DNA from: Nannocystis pusilla
GTDB taxonomy: Bacteria; Myxococcota_A; Polyangia; Nannocystales; Nannocystaceae
DNA length: 17,693 nucleotides
Reading direction: 5' to 3'
Assembly: GCF_020073745.1 (NCBI RefSeq)
Contig: NZ_JAIRAU010000002.1
Span: forward strand, 1-17,693
Shown here: one piece after another, positions 16,712 to 17,693 of the stretch
Position numbering within the stretch: position 1 is the stretch's first letter
Layout of the letters: each line of letters opens with the position of its first letter
Program-made: the position numbers and the translations under genes
The notes under the pieces: generated by a model
Told to the model about the DNA's origin: nothing
The model's database searches: none
Seen by the model: the letters and a program-made list of their open reading frames with translations, nothing else

Positions 16712-17692
16712 ATGGCACATCACGGTTGGAAGTTCGGTTTTGTCGCGCTCACGCTGCTGGGCTTCGCATGCGATCTGGCGCGCTCCAAGGACACACGCAC
16801 GCTCACCGAGGTCGCCCTGCTGGACTCCGCCGAAGCGTGCGGCGAGGCCTCGGTCGAGCTCATCGCCGGACAGAACATCGACGTCGGCGAGGTCACCGTC
16901 TACAACGACGAGACCACGGTCTGCGTCGCGTTCACCACCGAAGGCGACTGGTACATGACGGAGACCCACCTCGCCATCGCCACCGATCCCGTGGGCATCC
17001 CGCAGATGAACGGAAACCCGATCCCCGGGCAGTTCCCGCTCCATCACGAAGATCTGTGGACGCAGCACGACGTGTTCTGTGTGCTGCTCGCCGACATCGG
17101 CGCGGAGCCGGGCGACCCCCTGTACATCGCCACGCACGCCGCGGTCGCGCAGGAGATCGAGGGCGAGATCGTCGGCGGAGAGACCGCCTGGGGTCAGGGA
17201 CACGACTTCCCCGGCGGCAACTGGGGCATGTACTTCGAGTACGTGCCATCGACGTGTGACGAGGACGGCGGGGGCGGCGACGGCGACGATCCGTGCGGCT
17301 ATCGCACGCAGACCCAGGGGGGATGGGGCAGCATCTGCGACGGCGACAACGCTGGCTGCTACCGCGACGCGCACTTCGACGCAGCGTTCCCGGACGGGCT
17401 CGCCGTCGGCTGCGGCGACCTGCACGCGACGCTTCTCAGCAGCGCCGCGGTCGAGCGGGCGTTGCCGGCCGAGGGCGCGCCGCGGGCGCTCCTGCCCGGG
17501 GAGGCCGTGGCCTACGACGGCTCCGACGCCGATCCGACCGTCGGCACCGTGCTCTTCGGCCAGGTCGTCGCGCTCAGCCTGAGCGTCGCGTTCGATGCGT
17601 TCGACGACTTCAAGCAGGTCGACACGCCGGTCCCGCTGGCCGATCTCGTGATCGCCGACCCCGAAAGCCCCTGCGCCGGCATGAGCGTCGGC
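16712..17692 (+). CDS. Secreted protein / putative lipoprotein, 3' end runs off window (more than 327 aa)
   Basis: The SD aaggaag lies 8 nt upstream of the ATG. The N-terminus MAHHGWKFGFVALTLLGFAC is signal- and lipobox-like. GC3 is high and the sequence is protein-like (VTVYNDETTVCVAFTTEGDWYMTETHLAIATDP...). The ORF track does not list it because there is no stop in the window. The overlapping 16496..17425 - and 16624..17259 + ORFs are shadows. Confidence 0.8.
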   Translation, partial: MAHHGWKFGFVALTLLGFACDLARSKDTRTLTEVALLDSAEACGEASVELIAGQNIDVGEVTVYNDETTVCVAFTTEGDWYMTETHLAIATDPVGIPQMNGNPIPGQFPLHHEDLWTQHDVFCVLLADIGAEPGDPLYIATHAAVAQEIEGEIVGGETAWGQGHDFPGGNWGMYFEYVPSTCDEDGGGGDGDDPCGYRTQTQGGWGSICDGDNAGCYRDAHFDAAFPDGLAVGCGDLHATLLSSAAVERALPAEGAPRALLPGEAVAYDGSDADPTVGTVLFGQVVALSLSVAFDAFDDFKQVDTPVPLADLVIADPESPCAGMSVG

Positions 17693-17693
17693 G

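Overview
This is a high-GC window (about 70% by eye) with the gene content typical of Myxococcota (Sorangium/Polyangium-like): TPR-rich proteins, a Hanks-type Ser/Thr kinase, a STAND-like protein and secreted lipoproteins. I call nine CDSs with reasonable support and two weaker ones.

CDSs, in order:
- complement(1..3168): a large TPR/helical-repeat protein, truncated at the window edge.
- 3533..4408 (+): a predicted PD-(D/E)xK-fold nuclease with foreign (A/T-ending) codon usage. It sits in a roughly 1.3-kb low-GC islet and is followed by a hairpin.
- 5082..5270 (+): a possible small lipoprotein (weak call).
- complement(5313..6986): a membrane-spanning Ser/Thr kinase. It has an N-terminal death-like effector-associated (EAD1-like) domain and a periplasmic TonB-C-like tail.
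- complement(7518..8651): a PAP2 phosphatase with a Pro-rich repeat linker.
- 8729..8998 (+): a small acidic-protein gene (moderate call). Its 3' end has been amplified into an array of at least five 64-bp tandem repeats (8951..~9300). Each copy retains an ATG...TGA 18-codon mini-ORF.
- complement(9513..10145): a secreted Cys-rich protein carrying 24-bp tandem coding repeats, (IDRPxFxP)x5.
- complement(11099..12948): a roughly 615-aa hypothetical gene broken by a single-base frameshift near 12556.
- 13217..13918 (+): a lipoprotein with a DxDxDG Ca-binding-like loop and a His/Lys-rich tail encoded by a hexanucleotide microsatellite.
- 13918..16326 (+): translationally coupled to the lipoprotein by TGATG. 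It encodes a STAND/MalT-like helical and winged-helix plus TPR protein with no recognisable P-loop.
- 16712..17692 (+): a partial secreted protein or lipoprotein.

Between 10146 and 11098 there is a roughly 950-bp gene-free region. It holds an AT-rich promoter-like box, an SD-preceded 28-codon ORF, (CGAT)3 and a perfect 12-bp palindrome.

Several long ORFs in the provided track are rejected as antisense shadows of real genes: 76..2910 +, 6072..7001 +, 7402..8862 -, and most of 11261..13918 +.

I found no rRNA, tRNA, CRISPR array or recognisable transposase.
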